Below, one piece after another: positions 22,244-33,819 of a stretch of 57,535 bases of DNA. Made by a program: the position numbers and the translations under genes. A model generated the notes under the pieces. The model had not been told where the DNA came from and did no database searches. It worked only from the letters and a program-made list of their open reading frames with translations. Position 1 is the first letter of the stretch, and each line of letters begins with the position of its first letter. Source of the DNA: Prorocentrum cordatum (Eukaryota); assembly GCA_963575745.1 (NCBI GenBank), contig CAUYUJ010000017.1:62001-119535 (forward strand), given 5' to 3'.

Positions 22244-22879
22244 CCAAGCACGTTGCACTTTGGTTCACAAGGCTTCGGCCGCGTGCCAGCTCTCCGCGGC
22301 CTGGCGCTTCCTGTGCGCCCTGCCAGGCGTGGGACGCACCTCAAGCTGCTGAAAGCATTACTCAGGAGCTGGGCCACGGTCGGGCTGGGCGTCTTCCCCT
22401 CGCTGGCCACTCGCGTCAAGCAGCGCCGGCTCCAGCAGCGCGGACTCCAGCAGCGCGGACTCCAGCAGCCGTGCTGGAGGCTGACCTCCCATCTCCGCGC
22501 CGGCACGTCCGACAAGCATGTGCCCGCCCAGCTCCTACATCGTGGGCGAATCGAGCCACCCCTCCTCCTCGCGATGCTCGTGGCACGCCCGCTCCCATTC
22601 ATCTTGGACGCCCGACATGGGTACGGGAAGAATGGGTACAATGCCCAACAACAAATCTTGTCCCAAACCAGCAGCGGCCGCCGTTGGGCAGGCGGCCTTC
22701 TGTCTCGAACGGACACAGGCCGCGGCGGCGTGGACAGCGATCCGCTGCTGGGCACTCTGCCCCTTCTTCTTCTTCCCGTGCCCCTCTCGCTCGTGCAGCT
22801 CCATGCCTCCTCGGAGACGACGGAGCGCGGTCGGGAGCCCCCGGCGGCTTCGCCAGCGCCTCCGGCGGCCTCGCCCAGC

Positions 22880-23069
22880 TCGGCTGCACGTAAGAGTGAC
22901 CCTGAGCAAGAGTGACCTTTGGTGCGCGGCTTTTTGGGGGGGCGCGAGGCAGGAGGCCAAACACAGGTGCGCAGGGCGCTACTACCGCAACGAGCGCGGC
23001 GATCGGGGGACCCCAGTGAGCGCGCACCAAAGGTCACTCCGGCGAAGGGTCACTCTTACGTGTAGTCGA
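22880..23069. mobile_element. MITE-like family A, complete copy
   Basis: 24-bp TIR TCGGCTGCACGTAAGAGTGACCCT / AGGGTCACTCTTACGTGTAGTCGA (22 of 24 match) plus an inner IR GAGTGACCTTTGGTGCGC / GCGCACCAAAGGTCACTC. Confidence 0.8.
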
Positions 23070-23237
23070 CAAGCGCTCGGCAGCCCGGTCCAAGACAGCC
23101 CCCGGCGCGCGCCGGGCGTGGCGCAGCCGCCTCCCCGGCTCGAGGAGAAACCGCGCGCAGCCCCTCGACCGCCGCAGCGCGGAGTGGCCGCGCCGGGAGG
23201 CGAGGAAGGAGGCACGAGGAGCGGAGGGGCCGAGATA

Positions 23238-23441
23238 TTTGACGAACGAGCAACACACACACACACACACCCATACCCATTGGGGGGGTCGTGGAGAGGA
23301 GGACTGGCTATGGGTATGGGTGCGGGTTCTCGGACCCTGGGGAACGCTCCCGTTCGAGCGGAGACCCCCATCCGACAACACGCACCCATAGCCCTCTCCG
23401 ACCCCCCTATGGGTATGGGTGTGTGTTGCTGGTTCGTCAGA
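23238..23441. mobile_element. Foldback/MITE-like element with CCCATACCCAT / ATGGGTATGGG arms
   Basis: GACGAAC.AGCAACACAC..ACCCATACCCAT.GGGGGGTCG is mirrored by CGACCCCCCTATGGGTATGGGTGTGTGTTGCTGGTTCGTC. Confidence 0.75.
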
Positions 23442-23473
23442 TTCTGCTGGAGTCGGCTGCAGAGCCCCCGCTT

Positions 23474-23704
23474 GCCGTCGCTCGGGCGCCCAACTTCCCG
23501 TGCATGTTTTGTTCGGGTTTCGTGCGTGTGTTTTGTTGCCCCCTTCCCCCCCCTGTCGATCAAAGCTGTGCGCGGACCGCTGAGCTTCGACCGGAAGAGG
23601 TGCGCTCTCGACCCGCGGATCAAACAGGTATTTGCTGCTCGAGGGTCCAGGATGGTCCTCGATGGGTCCTCGCCGAGGACAAATGCACACGCCCGAGCGA
23701 TGGC
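23474..23704. mobile_element. MITE-like family I, longer copy
   Basis: TIR GCCGTCGCTCGGGCG / CGCCCGAGCGATGGC; internal TCCAGGATG.TCCTCGATGG.TCCTCGCCGA shared with 22123-22243. Confidence 0.7.
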
Positions 23705-24959
23705 CCCCGGGGCGCCACGTCGCTCTCCGTCCCTGCCGCCGCTGCCAGCACCCCCCGCCCTGCACGCGGCCGCTGCCACCTCCGCCGCCGGAGGCCGACT
23801 CGGCACGGAGGCGAGCCGAGGCGGCACGCAGCACGGCGGGGCCGTCGGCGGAGGCAGGCGGGGCCGCCTGGTCCTCCAGGCGGAGGGCACGAGGAGGGAG
23901 GGAGAGAATGACGCGAGAGGAGCAGCAGCCTCGTGATCAGAGCAAAGACCCATCATGTGAGGACTGGGAGCAAGTGGCGCAAACCCTTCTTCGCCTCGTC
24001 CTCCTCCTCCTCCTTATCCTCCTCCTTATCCTCCTCCTCCTCCTCCGCCTCCTCCTCCTCCTCCTCCTCCTCCTCCTCCTCCTCCCTCCTCCCTCCCTCC
24101 CGCCCTCCCTCCTCCCTCCTCCCATCGCTCTGGTACCCGACGCACCGGGCCGTTGCTTGCGCAAGTGACCGCTTTGTTGGATGTGCCATCCGATCCACGA
24201 ATCACAGCCTCCAGGACTTTCGTTCGGGTTCCCCCTGAGCTGTTCCATGACACTGCTCATGCTTATTGGTGTCGAGCGGATGCTCTCCAGACCTGCGCAT
24301 CATGACCTTGCACAAAAATTCCTGATGGCGTTGTACTTGTTCACGTCGTTCTGCCCTTCTTCCTCTTCCTCCCTCCCCCCTCCTCCTGGCTGACTGGCTT
24401 ATGTCTATAGTTTCCGTGATGTAGTTCCTGAGCTGGGCATTGTTCTTTCTTTGAGCTTCGCGCATTCCGCCGCCCTCTTGAATCGGTGATTTGGGCTGCC
24501 TGGGAGCTCAAGATCTGGCCTCCCTTAGATGGGGAGGGCGGCGGGCAAAATTGAACAAGAGTTCCCCCCCTCACACTCTGGGCGTGCGTCACCTGCGAAG
24601 GCACAGCGACCGCGCTAACGCCATGTCCGACCGACCTCGTTCCTCCCTCTTCCCTCCTCCTCCTCCTCCTTTTCTCCCCTCATCGCTCCTCCTTCCTCCT
24701 ACTCCTCCTCCTTCCCCTCCTCCTTCTCCTCTCCAACCATCCCCCTTCCCTCCGCTTGCTCCTCCGCCTGCTGCTCCTCCTGAACCTCCTTCGTCCTCTT
24801 CCTCCTCCTCCTCCTCCTCCTCTTCCTCCTCCCCCCCCCGGCCCTCACCCATCACCCTGCTACTGCTCCACCTCGCCCCTCACCCTCTCGCCTCCTGTGA
24901 AGGCCGTCTCGGCCGCAGCGTCCCCGTCCAGACCTCCCGACACCGCGGCCGCCGCGCAC

Positions 24960-25011
24960 CTCCGGGATGCGCGTGATGCGGGCCATGTCGATGTGCTCGG
25001 CATCGTGGCCC
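24960..25011 (-). CDS. Exon C of unknown multi-exon gene (GHDAEHIDMARITRIPE)
   Basis: Acceptor gtcag|G, donor GAG|gtgcgc, 16 of 17 codons end in G/C. Confidence 0.7.
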
Positions 25012-25689
25012 CTGACGCGGGGGGGTGGGCGGAGACGTCCCCTCTGCACAGTGCGGACGCGGCCGCAAGGAACCCCCGCAAGACCCCCCCGGCCCGGAAT
25101 GTCCGCGCGCGAGGTGCGACTGGGGGGAAACTGAAGGCGCCCTGAGCGCAGCAGTTCCTCAACGCCTGCGGGAAGTCACCGCGCATCAGCATCAGCATCA
25201 GCATCATCATCATAATGGTCGTGATGCTGCGCATGCGTCCCGGTAAGTGTTTTGGCGTGTCGTCGTCGCTGTTTTGTCCGAAGAGGTTCACTGAAGATTT
25301 CCGTTTTGCTCGCCGTTTGTTTGTTGGGCTGCATCCTGACGAACAGCGTGTCCTGACGAACAGCGTGCCTCGAGAACCACGGCAGCGCTTCTTGGTGCAC
25401 GTCCCCTAGGGGTTGCGCGCTCCGCGCGGCTGCCCGAGCCCGACTCAATGTTTGGGGAGATCAACGCCGCGAAGCAACATAACTGTTGCACCCGCATGCT
25501 CCAGATTTCGTAATAAAGGGATGGGGGTCTCGTTTCGGGGGGGGTCTCTTCCAGGCTATCTTGGAGGGCCTGGGGGGGTCTGGGGACGATGCTTTGGAGG
25601 GTTCTCCCACGGGGGGGGTCTAAAACTTCTCGTCTGGGAGGGTCCAGACCCCCTCCCTTTTATTACTAAATCTGGAGTAATCCTGGAAT

Positions 25690-26135
25690 CCTTCCCAGAC
25701 ACCATTTCTGGTACGCTGATCCTGGGAATCCGAAAACAACTCGCCCAAACTTCACGAACGAATGTGCGAGGCGCCAAGGCGAGGGCCACATGTTGAAAAT
25801 GTGGCTCTCGGGCCCGGCCCGCCCTGAAACCTGGCTTCGGGGAGTCACAGTCTGAAAAACACCAGCCCTCAACCCGTGCAACTCTTGCAAATTGTAAAAA
25901 CGAAATGTGCGCAGCGCTAAGGTGAGAGCCACATTGTGAAAAGGGACCGCCCTCAATTTGTGAAGCTCTCGCAAATGTTTGAAACTAATGCGCGCGGCGC
26001 TAAGGCGAGAGCCACATTTTGCAAATCACCCGCCCTCCATCTGTGAGGTTGTTACCACTTCTTAAGCTTCAGAATCATCGATGGTGAGGAAGCCTCAGGC
26101 GAACCGCCCGGCCCGCCCTAAAACCTGGCCTCGGG
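25690..26135 (+). repeat. Family F composite repeat, partial copy (diverged units with AATGTGCGCGGCGCTAAGGCGAGAGCCACAT)
   Basis: Same unit at 45975-46157 and inverted at 53770-54190. Confidence 0.8.
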
Positions 26136-26155
26136 GTGCGACAGGGAGGAATTAT

Positions 26156-26588
26156 TAGTAAGGAAAGAATGGAGCAGGAGAAGGGGGAGGAGGCGGAGGA
26201 GGGGGTGGCCCAGCATCACTACACCCCTGCTGAGAGTTCAAAAGAGTTTAGGATAAGAAGATGGCCTTCGCTCCTAGCGGTTCCTCAAGCAGGAGTCCAG
26301 GTCCAGACATACGATCATTCCACGAAGAAGCGGAGCCCCAAGAAAATGCCCAGGGTCCAGTCCAGATCCATGATTTTCTTGGGCGGACTTGGAAATTGCT
26401 ACGCTTTCTCAAAATTTGTGATGGGTGTACAATCAGCCCGTGTCACAAGGATGCGCGACAAGGATGCAAGGGCCTTGAAGCTCATTTCGAGGCTTCTCGA
26501 GCGGGGCGCGGCCAACGAAAGTGGCCAAGGATGGACCGAGGAGGGAAGGATGCAAGGGCACCCTTGGGAAGGCTGCCCATCCTTACTA
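26156..26588. mobile_element. MITE-like family B, long copy
   Basis: TAGTAAGGA ... TCCTTACTA ends; the last 140 bp are similar to 6408-6558. Confidence 0.5.
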
Positions 26589-26743
26589 CTGCTGGTTGAC
26601 TCCATTCCTCCTCCCTTCGGCCAGGTCGCGTCGAGAAGGCAGGGGGCCAGGCGAGGACCTGGACCACAACCTCACGCATCTCCAAAGGAAGCTCGCCGCC
26701 TCCCAGGAGCACGCCTGGCCTCGAGTCGGGCGGGCGGCAATGG

Positions 26744-26876
26744 GGGGTGACCAAAACGGGGGGCAAAGGAAAGGGCCCTCGAAGGGGCCCTGTAGGTGTC
26801 CTTTTGGGCTCCAGCTTGCTCCAAAAGGGGTCCTAAAGGGCCCTTCAGGGTCCTCACCCCCCATTAAGGTCACCCC
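26744..26876. mobile_element. Short IR element (GGGGTGACC / GGTCACCCC) with inner AGGGCCC motifs
   Basis: 9-bp TIR; related fragment at about 3770-3818. Confidence 0.45.
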
Positions 26877-27395
26877 TCACTACCAGCCGCCCGACTCGAG
26901 TGCGACCATCTCCTCCCGTCCCTCTCTTCCTCACGTCCTCTTGGCATCCCCTCTTCCCCGATAGCTGCTTCCTTGGCCCAGTGGGGCAGTTCTGGAGCTG
27001 GCAGGCTCCAGTGGGAGTCGGAGCTCCCAATCAACGGGTGACAGCACCCATCCTTCCTTTTCAGGTGGCGGGTGGGCCGGCTGCCAAACAAAGCGCACTG
27101 CAACCTCTGGGCGTTGCTCCATGGGGGGCAGCAAAAAGAGGGGGAGGGGGCGACGAAGTGTGTATCCTTCGTGCCCCTTGTGGGCCCCTTTGGGGCCCTT
27201 ACGGTGCACAAAAGGTGCACCTGTCTTCACTCTCCCTCTATTTTATCACTCCGCCCTTACGCGACGCCTGACATCCCTCCCTCCCCTCCTCCACTTCCGA
27301 TCGACCTCCCTTGTTGCCTGCCTTCCCTCCCAGCGCCGGCCCCGATCTGCTTCGGCCGCTCCGCGAAGAGAGACGGGGGAAAGCGGCGGGGGCGC

Positions 27396-27464
27396 TTATA
27401 CGTGTGGTAGCCCTTGCGCTGCAGGTCCTCCACGAGGGACTCGTCGATGAAGCCGACGAGGATC
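27396..27464 (-). CDS. Exon B of unknown multi-exon gene (ILVGFIDESLVEDLQRKGYHTY-K)
   Basis: Acceptor agcag|G and 21 of 22 codons end in G/C. Donor AA|gcgccc, or the same-phase alternative AC|gtataa 6 nt earlier. Confidence 0.7.
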   Translation of the reverse strand, partial: DPRRLHRRVPRGGPAAQGLPHV

Positions 27465-28049
27465 CTGCTCGCAGGGGCTCACTGGGGCGAAGGATGTGCT
27501 GTTTCTCGATTGAGACGAGCCTGCACGCCTGCACGTCAGGCTGCTCCCTCCCACGCACAAGAGGGCTCCCCGTTCAAAACAAGACGGGCTTGACTCGACG
27601 CGGACAGGTTCAAGGTGAAGCGAGGAGGGCGAAGGGCAGGGACATCTGCCGACCCCCGATTGCTGGCGGTGAAACGGCGTGTGTGAGACGTTTGGCTGCC
27701 CCCCTCCCCCGATCCAACGGGGGGAGGGGGGGGGAAAGCTCCTCGACGCACCACAGGGGCTCTCCGGAGCCTCCAGGGAGCGCCAAAACAGCTCAAAAGG
27801 CCCAGACAGAGCGCCAAGACAATCCAAAAGAGCGTCGAGACGGCCCCGGTAACCCCGCGACGATCCACGATGGCTTGAAGGCAGCCCACGAAGCACCCAG
27901 AACGGCTCATGAGCGCTCTCAGAGGACCGCCGAGAGGGCCACAAGACGCAACATCCGCCCCACTCCCTCAACAAAACGAATATTTATTCGCCATCCGACA
28001 GGTTGGGATCGTTAGATAAAAAAACAGACCCCCTGGCCCGCCCGCCCTG

Positions 28050-28228
28050 TATATCGCGGCCGCCAGATCCCCAGGCTCGCGATAATTCCTGGTGGTTCCA
28101 GCCCCCCCCCGCCCTGCATACCGCGGCCGCCAAATCCCCATGCTCCCAGAAATCGATGGTGGACCCGCCCCCCGCGCCGACTCGCCCACTCTGCGTACTG
28201 CGGCCGCCAGATCCCCAGGTTCCCCACT
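28050..28228 (+). repeat. Three copies of GCGGCCGCCAGATCCCCAGG at about 70-bp spacing
   Basis: Copies at about 28056, 28123 and 28200. Confidence 0.75.
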
Positions 28229-28259
28229 GAACAGAGCATAACACCACGCCGCCAAACAG

Positions 28260-29185
28260 AACAGATCCAAGCATAACATACCATGCCATGGCAGACCATA
28301 TCGTAACATAACACACCATGACAGAGCAGTGCATACTATAGCACAGCATCGCAACACATAGCATTCCATAACATGACAAATCAAGCATACCATCACACAT
28401 CAATGCATAACTGAACATACCAAAACGGGACAGACCACACCATCACATAACACGGCATATCATATCATGGCACAACACAACATGAGAACGCATGCAATGA
28501 CAGGCTGGAGCATACATAACATAACCTAGCAGAACAAGCATGACATAGCATAACATAACACGACATAACATAGCATGACAACATATCGCATGACAAAAGA
28601 AGCCACTACATAACACAGCATCGCCACGTTTATCCAGGGCAAAGCATACCATGCCAGAGCGCGGCATACTATGCAACATCAAAGCAACACATAGCATAGC
28701 AGAACACGACACGCTCAGACACAGAGGGTCACGCAGACAACAACAGAACACCACACCTCACAACACAACATAAAGCAACATTGGGTGACACATAACGACA
28801 GAACAGCTCATACCCATACCTTGGCAGGCCAGAGCACACCGAAACACAGTATCACAACACAGAATAGTCCATGACATGACACATCATAATCTAACAACAT
28901 GCTGCATAACACCATATAGCATAACATGACATATTCCGTCATACGACCATCGCATAACAAAGCATACCATGCCATACCATGTGAAAAAAGCATCACAGGA
29001 CACACCGTAACAACGCATGCAACAACCACAACGGAGCACACAGAGCATGCCATGGCAGCATACATCACAACAAACAAGAAAGGACAGACAGACCATACCA
29101 AAGCATAAGATAATACACCATTCCATGTCGCACACTGTCATAACATATCATGCCATGACGCAGGATCACGGCATCGCATAACATG
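28260..29185 (+). repeat. Highly degenerate pentamer satellite (CATAG/CATAA)n
   Basis: 5-bp periodicity; a reverse-complement relative of (CTATG)n at 51290-51600. Confidence 0.85.
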
Positions 29186-29689
29186 GCAGAGCATACCGTC
29201 ATGGACATCGGTCTCGCACCACGCCTTTCGGGGGTTTGCTTTTCGCCCCAGAACTTGTGATCGGTTTCATTCGTCAGGGGCTCTGGGTGTGTATGGGGTT
29301 AGAGTACAAAGGTACAGAACCCCTGATTCGCTGGTAGAGGAAAGGAGGGAAAGATGGATATCTTTTCCTCCTGCACGATCAAAGGTCTGATCGATCTATT
29401 CCAATATCTGAGCCCAAACGGCCAGGCGCAGGAGAGGTGAGGATAAGGAGTATATATGAGGGTATTACACGGGTTCTATTCACACTGGGGCGTTGGACTT
29501 CAGGAGAACGGCAACTTGCGACATGGCCCGACCGCCGCACTGGCCGAAACCACCGCGCCCCGCGCTCATCGTTCCAATGGGCGCGCGCACCTTCGGGATC
29601 AAACGCCAAGGGTTTCGGTGGGGATCGCTCGAAGCAAAACAGATCATATGACACCGGAGGACAACCCAAATCAGCATGGCTTGGACATT

Positions 29690-29957
29690 AGAGATATGGA
29701 TATTGAGATCGATAATGAAGCCGAATGTGAGATTGACAGTGAGATCGCTAGTGAGGACGATAGTAAGGTCGATCGTGAGAGCGATAGAAGTCGACTCAGT
29801 GAGATCGATCGTGAGATCGATCGTGCGATCGCTCGTGCGATCTATCGTGATATTGATTGTGATATCGATAGTGAGATCGATCGTGAGGTCGATAGTCAGA
29901 TCGATAGAGAGGTGGGTACTGACATAGATGGTTAGACCGATCGATAAGGAGATCGAC
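29690..29957 (+). repeat. 12-bp minisatellite (GAGATCGATMGT)n
   Basis: 12-bp periodicity, dense in GATC and ATCGAT. Confidence 0.9.
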
Positions 29958-29962
29958 AAGAA

Positions 29963-30090
29963 CCCGGGGACCCCGAAACCCGGGAACTCCGCCGCCCACC
30001 GAAATCGGCCCGGAACCAGCAACCGGGAATCCGGGAAACCGGGATCCTGGGAGCGCGGGAACCCAGCCGCCCACCGAAATCGGCCCAGCA
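29963..30090 (+). repeat. Duplicated CCGCCCACCGAAATCGGCCC module; inverted relative at about 45080-45150
   Basis: Two copies (about 29992 and 30067). Confidence 0.7.
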
Positions 30091-30789
30091 CTTTTGCCAA
30101 CTCCTTCCATATCCGCCAGGAACCCTTCAGTGCGAACACTGATTGGGGAAGATGTGTATATATAAAAATATAAATATACATACAGGGCAGTTTTAAATAC
30201 ATCGGACTTTTCATAAAAAAATATGCAATTCAATGCATGATACATTTATGAATACATTCATGCATGAACTCATCGTTGTTTTGAATACTAGACCCCTGCA
30301 TCTTTAATACATGATCCGCACGCGGAGCATGCATTCAAAACGGTACCGTCCATAGATATTATGCATGCTCGCCTTGCTCGTCTTGGCAGCGTCCAGTGTG
30401 GTCCAAGGGGCGCCCGAGTTCGCCCGAAGACGGCCCGTGCGGCACCCAAGAGGGCCCGAAGGCGGCCCAGTAGACAGCCCCCGAAGAGAGCCCAAGGGCG
30501 CCTCCAGGGCGACCCCAGGGGGAACCATAAGGCGGCCCACGAAGGCCCCAGGAGAGGCCAACGAGGGGCAACACGAACTGACATATCTCGAGTCTTTCCC
30601 CCCTCATGGCCCCAGCAGCCCTCCCCCCAGACTCCCGAGGCGCCCCCGAGAGGCCTCCAAGAGGCCCCCAAGAGGCCCCAGAGAGCATCTCAAAAGGCCC
30701 CCCCAGAGGACCCCCCCAAAGCCAACCAAATGTCTCCAAAATCTGATCTAAGGGGCCCCTGAGAATTGAACCCTCGCGACCGTGAACAA

Positions 30790-31420
30790 AGACATCCAGC
30801 CACTCCAGCTCCAGCATAGCCTGCCGAACGCCCTGGACGTATGTACTCCGCTTGAGGTCGGCGGAATGGCGCAAGCAAATTGGATCAGGAGGCATCGTGA
30901 ATAGACAACCGATGCGCCAGAATCAAACTGTCAAGATCCAACACTACGCGGCGCAGAAATACATTGAACCTGTAACGCCACAACTTGTGAGACATCATCC
31001 TGATAGATTCGAAACCAATGGCAGTTTGGGTGGGACGGTATACGCTCGGAAGGCAGGTAATAGACACAATCGCTCGGAGGCACTGTCCGTCGGGCACCAG
31101 AGTAGAGCAATGTCAGCTGCATGCTAAGCGGCAATAACAAGACATATCACGCCATCAAGATCTGACCCAGCGCCAGCAAACACCCTCGCATTCAGGGGTC
31201 CAATATCAACGGCGATGGTACCGCCAGGCTGACTCATTCATAGCTCAAACATTAACACATCACTGGCTGGCCACATGAAGATAGCGGCGAAAGCCAAATC
31301 CGGGTAAGCGCAGCATGGCCCGTGCGAGGTGCAGTTCAGACCGAAGCCGGGGAGGATTTGTTCCAGAACGCGTGCAGAGCGGATGCTCTTCGGCGGCGGA
31401 GAGGCGCTGCCTGCACGCAA
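30790..31420 (-). pseudogene. Decayed non-LTR retrotransposon reverse transcriptase fragment
   Basis: YQDD at 31005-30994 in the context HPNCHWFRIYQDDVSQ. The flanks resemble RT domains 4-6 but contain stops and frameshifts. Confidence 0.55.
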
Positions 31421-31590
31421 GCTATAACTCGACGTCAGTGCGGCACAAGCCGCATGCAAGCAGAGATCCCGCCCCACCCCCTCCCGCCCCCTTCCCTCCT
31501 CCGACCTTCCTCCTGCCCTTCCCCCCTCCTCCCCTCCCTCCTTCTCCCTCTCCCTCCTCGTCATCTCTTCCCACCGCCTCCCGCCTGGTC

Positions 31591-31651
31591 CTGTAGGGCG
31601 CGCCCCTGGCCAGGATCTCGAGGCGGGCCCGGCCGAGGGACCACGGGAAGC
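31591..31651 (-). CDS. Exon A of unknown multi-exon gene (GFPWSLGRARLEILARGAPY-R); 5' boundary uncertain
   Basis: All 19 full codons end in G/C. The donor AG|gaccag (GA type) joins exon B in phase. Confidence 0.65.
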
Positions 31652-31740
31652 CTCCCGCAGGGCCCCGGGAAGGGCCGAGCAACGCCGAGCGACCTCGATC
31701 TCGATCGCTCTCCCGCTGCGGCCTCAAGAAACCTCACAGG

Positions 31741-31917
31741 GGGCCCAAGAGGCCTCTGAGGAGGCCCCAGAGGCATCTCAGGAGGCCCTAGAGGCCTCTC
31801 AGGAGGCCCAAGAGGCTTCTCTGGAGGCCCAAGAGGCTTCTCAGGAGGCCCAAGAGGCCTCCCAGGAGGCCAAAGAAGCCTCCCAGGAGGCCGAAGAGGC
31901 CTCCCAGGAGGCCCATG
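31741..31917 (+). repeat. 21-bp minisatellite (CCCAAGAGGCCTCTCAGGAGG)n
   Basis: About 8 units; related degenerate CAAGAGGGCC-type tracts at 27760-27945, 30400-30735 and 47140-47720. Confidence 0.85.
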
Positions 31918-33819
31918 AAGGGAACTTTTTGCACGACGCGCCGCGGCGGCGGCCCCCGGCGACACGACGTGCCCCGCGGGCGCACGGCACGTCGCTCCGC
32001 TCCGCGCGAGGGGGGGGGGGCCTCGGAGAGAGAGAGGCTCGGGGCGCCGGCGCCGGGGAGCGGGGCAGGCGGTCGGAGGAGCCCTGCCGAGGCGTGGCGT
32101 GGCGGGCCAGGACCGGCGGCGCGGCACGCCGGTGAGGGGAAGCTGCTCGGGGCAGCTGCCCGGTCGGGCTCGAGCGTGTCCGCTGCCGCGCTGGCGCGCT
32201 GGCGGCGCGGGAGAGGGCACGAGCAGCGCCGTGCGCGCGGGTATCGCCACGCCTCCCGAGCTCCAGCGCCTCGGGCACGAGCGAAGGCGGAGCTGCCTTG
32301 CGCCATCCTCGGGCTCTGGGGTCTGTTTGTGAGCCCTGGGGCCACTGGGGGGCACGACTCGCGGTGAGAGGCTGGTCCTTGCAGGCACCAGCATGTGACC
32401 CCGACTCGTGCACTGGACGAGGGGGGTCCAGGGGACCCACGTTTAGAAATATCACGACGCTGTGGACATGGGGAGATCAGCTGAAGGCGCGGGATAGAGA
32501 AATGCTTTGAGACGCGTGCGTCTATAGGTTGACGAGCATCAGATGTTCAAGGGCTGTAGCGACGGATAACATTTGGGAGGTAGTGTGGCAGGACGCAGGG
32601 GGGGGACACATGAGGAGGCCAGGCATGCAGCATAGGAGGGCAACAAGAGTAGGATTCTCCTCCTCCTCAGCCTAGTGAGTGCCTCCTCCCCGCAAGAAAC
32701 AAGCAGCGGAGCTGTAAGAAACCAAGCCAAGAAAGGCAGGGCTTGAAACGCCCGAGCAAAAGGTACCTCCTCCACATCCTCCTTTTTGGCCTGGGCTTTG
32801 CTGTTTTTGCGTGGCCGTTAAAGTGAGCACGCTTAGCCTCTCTGTGTTCGACCTGCCTCGACGCGAAACTCAAAGTGAACAGAAACGCATCCTCCTGCGC
32901 CGCGTCTGTTCCTGAACATCTGCCCCTCCTCCCCACCTCCGCCTGCTTCCTGCCTTGGCCTCCGCCTCCCCTCCTCCCCCTCTTCCCCACAGGTCCTCAT
33001 TCCCCATGTCCAATTCCTCCGCCTCCTCGTCCTCCTCCTTCTCATTCTCCTCCTCGCCGTCCTACTGCTAACCTCCACCTCCTCCAACCTCCACCTCCTC
33101 CTGATATCCTAAGCCCCGCCGACACTCCGGGCGCAGGAGCCTTAGATCGCTGCCCTATTCCAATCGCAACCCTCCCCTTCGGGGACGGGGGCCTACCCCT
33201 ACCCCAATGCTCCCCTTCCCTGGGGTTTGGGCCAGGGCTTCGCGAGATGTCAGAGGGTCCTTCTTGGCCCAAGATGGCCCTAAGACCTAAGAGGGGCTCT
33301 TGACATTCATGATTTACTTTAGCCTTATACTCGCACCCCCAGACGGCCGCGCGTTTCGCCCGATACTTTATATGATCCTGAGGTTAGAAAGTTGCAACCG
33401 CTTCAAGGAGGGCGGGCAAGCCATTTTCAAAATTGGGCTGTCGCCTTTGCGCCGGTGAAGTTCGCCCCAAATCCTTGCAACAGTTACCCCAAGGAATGAT
33501 GTGCCGATCTGAGAATGGAACTCTGGTCTAGGCTCCGCGCACCTTCGTTCTCAAAGCCCACATCAGTTACAAAGAGGGAAGGCGCTTCCATGTTTCCAAT
33601 GGGGCTCTCGAAGGAGCTCCGCGCATATGCGTCGTGACAGCTCACAGCAACTCTAGGGATTGAGGCCGGGCCCTGCTCAAAATGGCGCCCTCGCCCTGGC
33701 GCCGCGGCCTCCGAGGCTCGAGGCCGCCACGGGCATGGAGGGCGCTCGCCTCCTCCCAAGTGGGGGAGGAGGAGGAGGAGGAGGAGGAGGAGGAGGAGGA
33801 GGAGGAGGACGAGGAGGGA

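Noticed and set aside
26650..26716. METTL21-like methyltransferase motif (WEAASFL...VVLE) built from 26715-26660 plus 25406-25370
   Set aside because: No following LGxG exon was found, the frame does not join exon B in phase, and its W/R/S/C-rich composition suggests a shadow frame.
33672..33690. Relict dinoflagellate spliced leader (GCCATTTTG on minus)
   Set aside because: Only 9 nt match the 22-nt leader, with no GCTCAAG continuation; this is compatible with chance.
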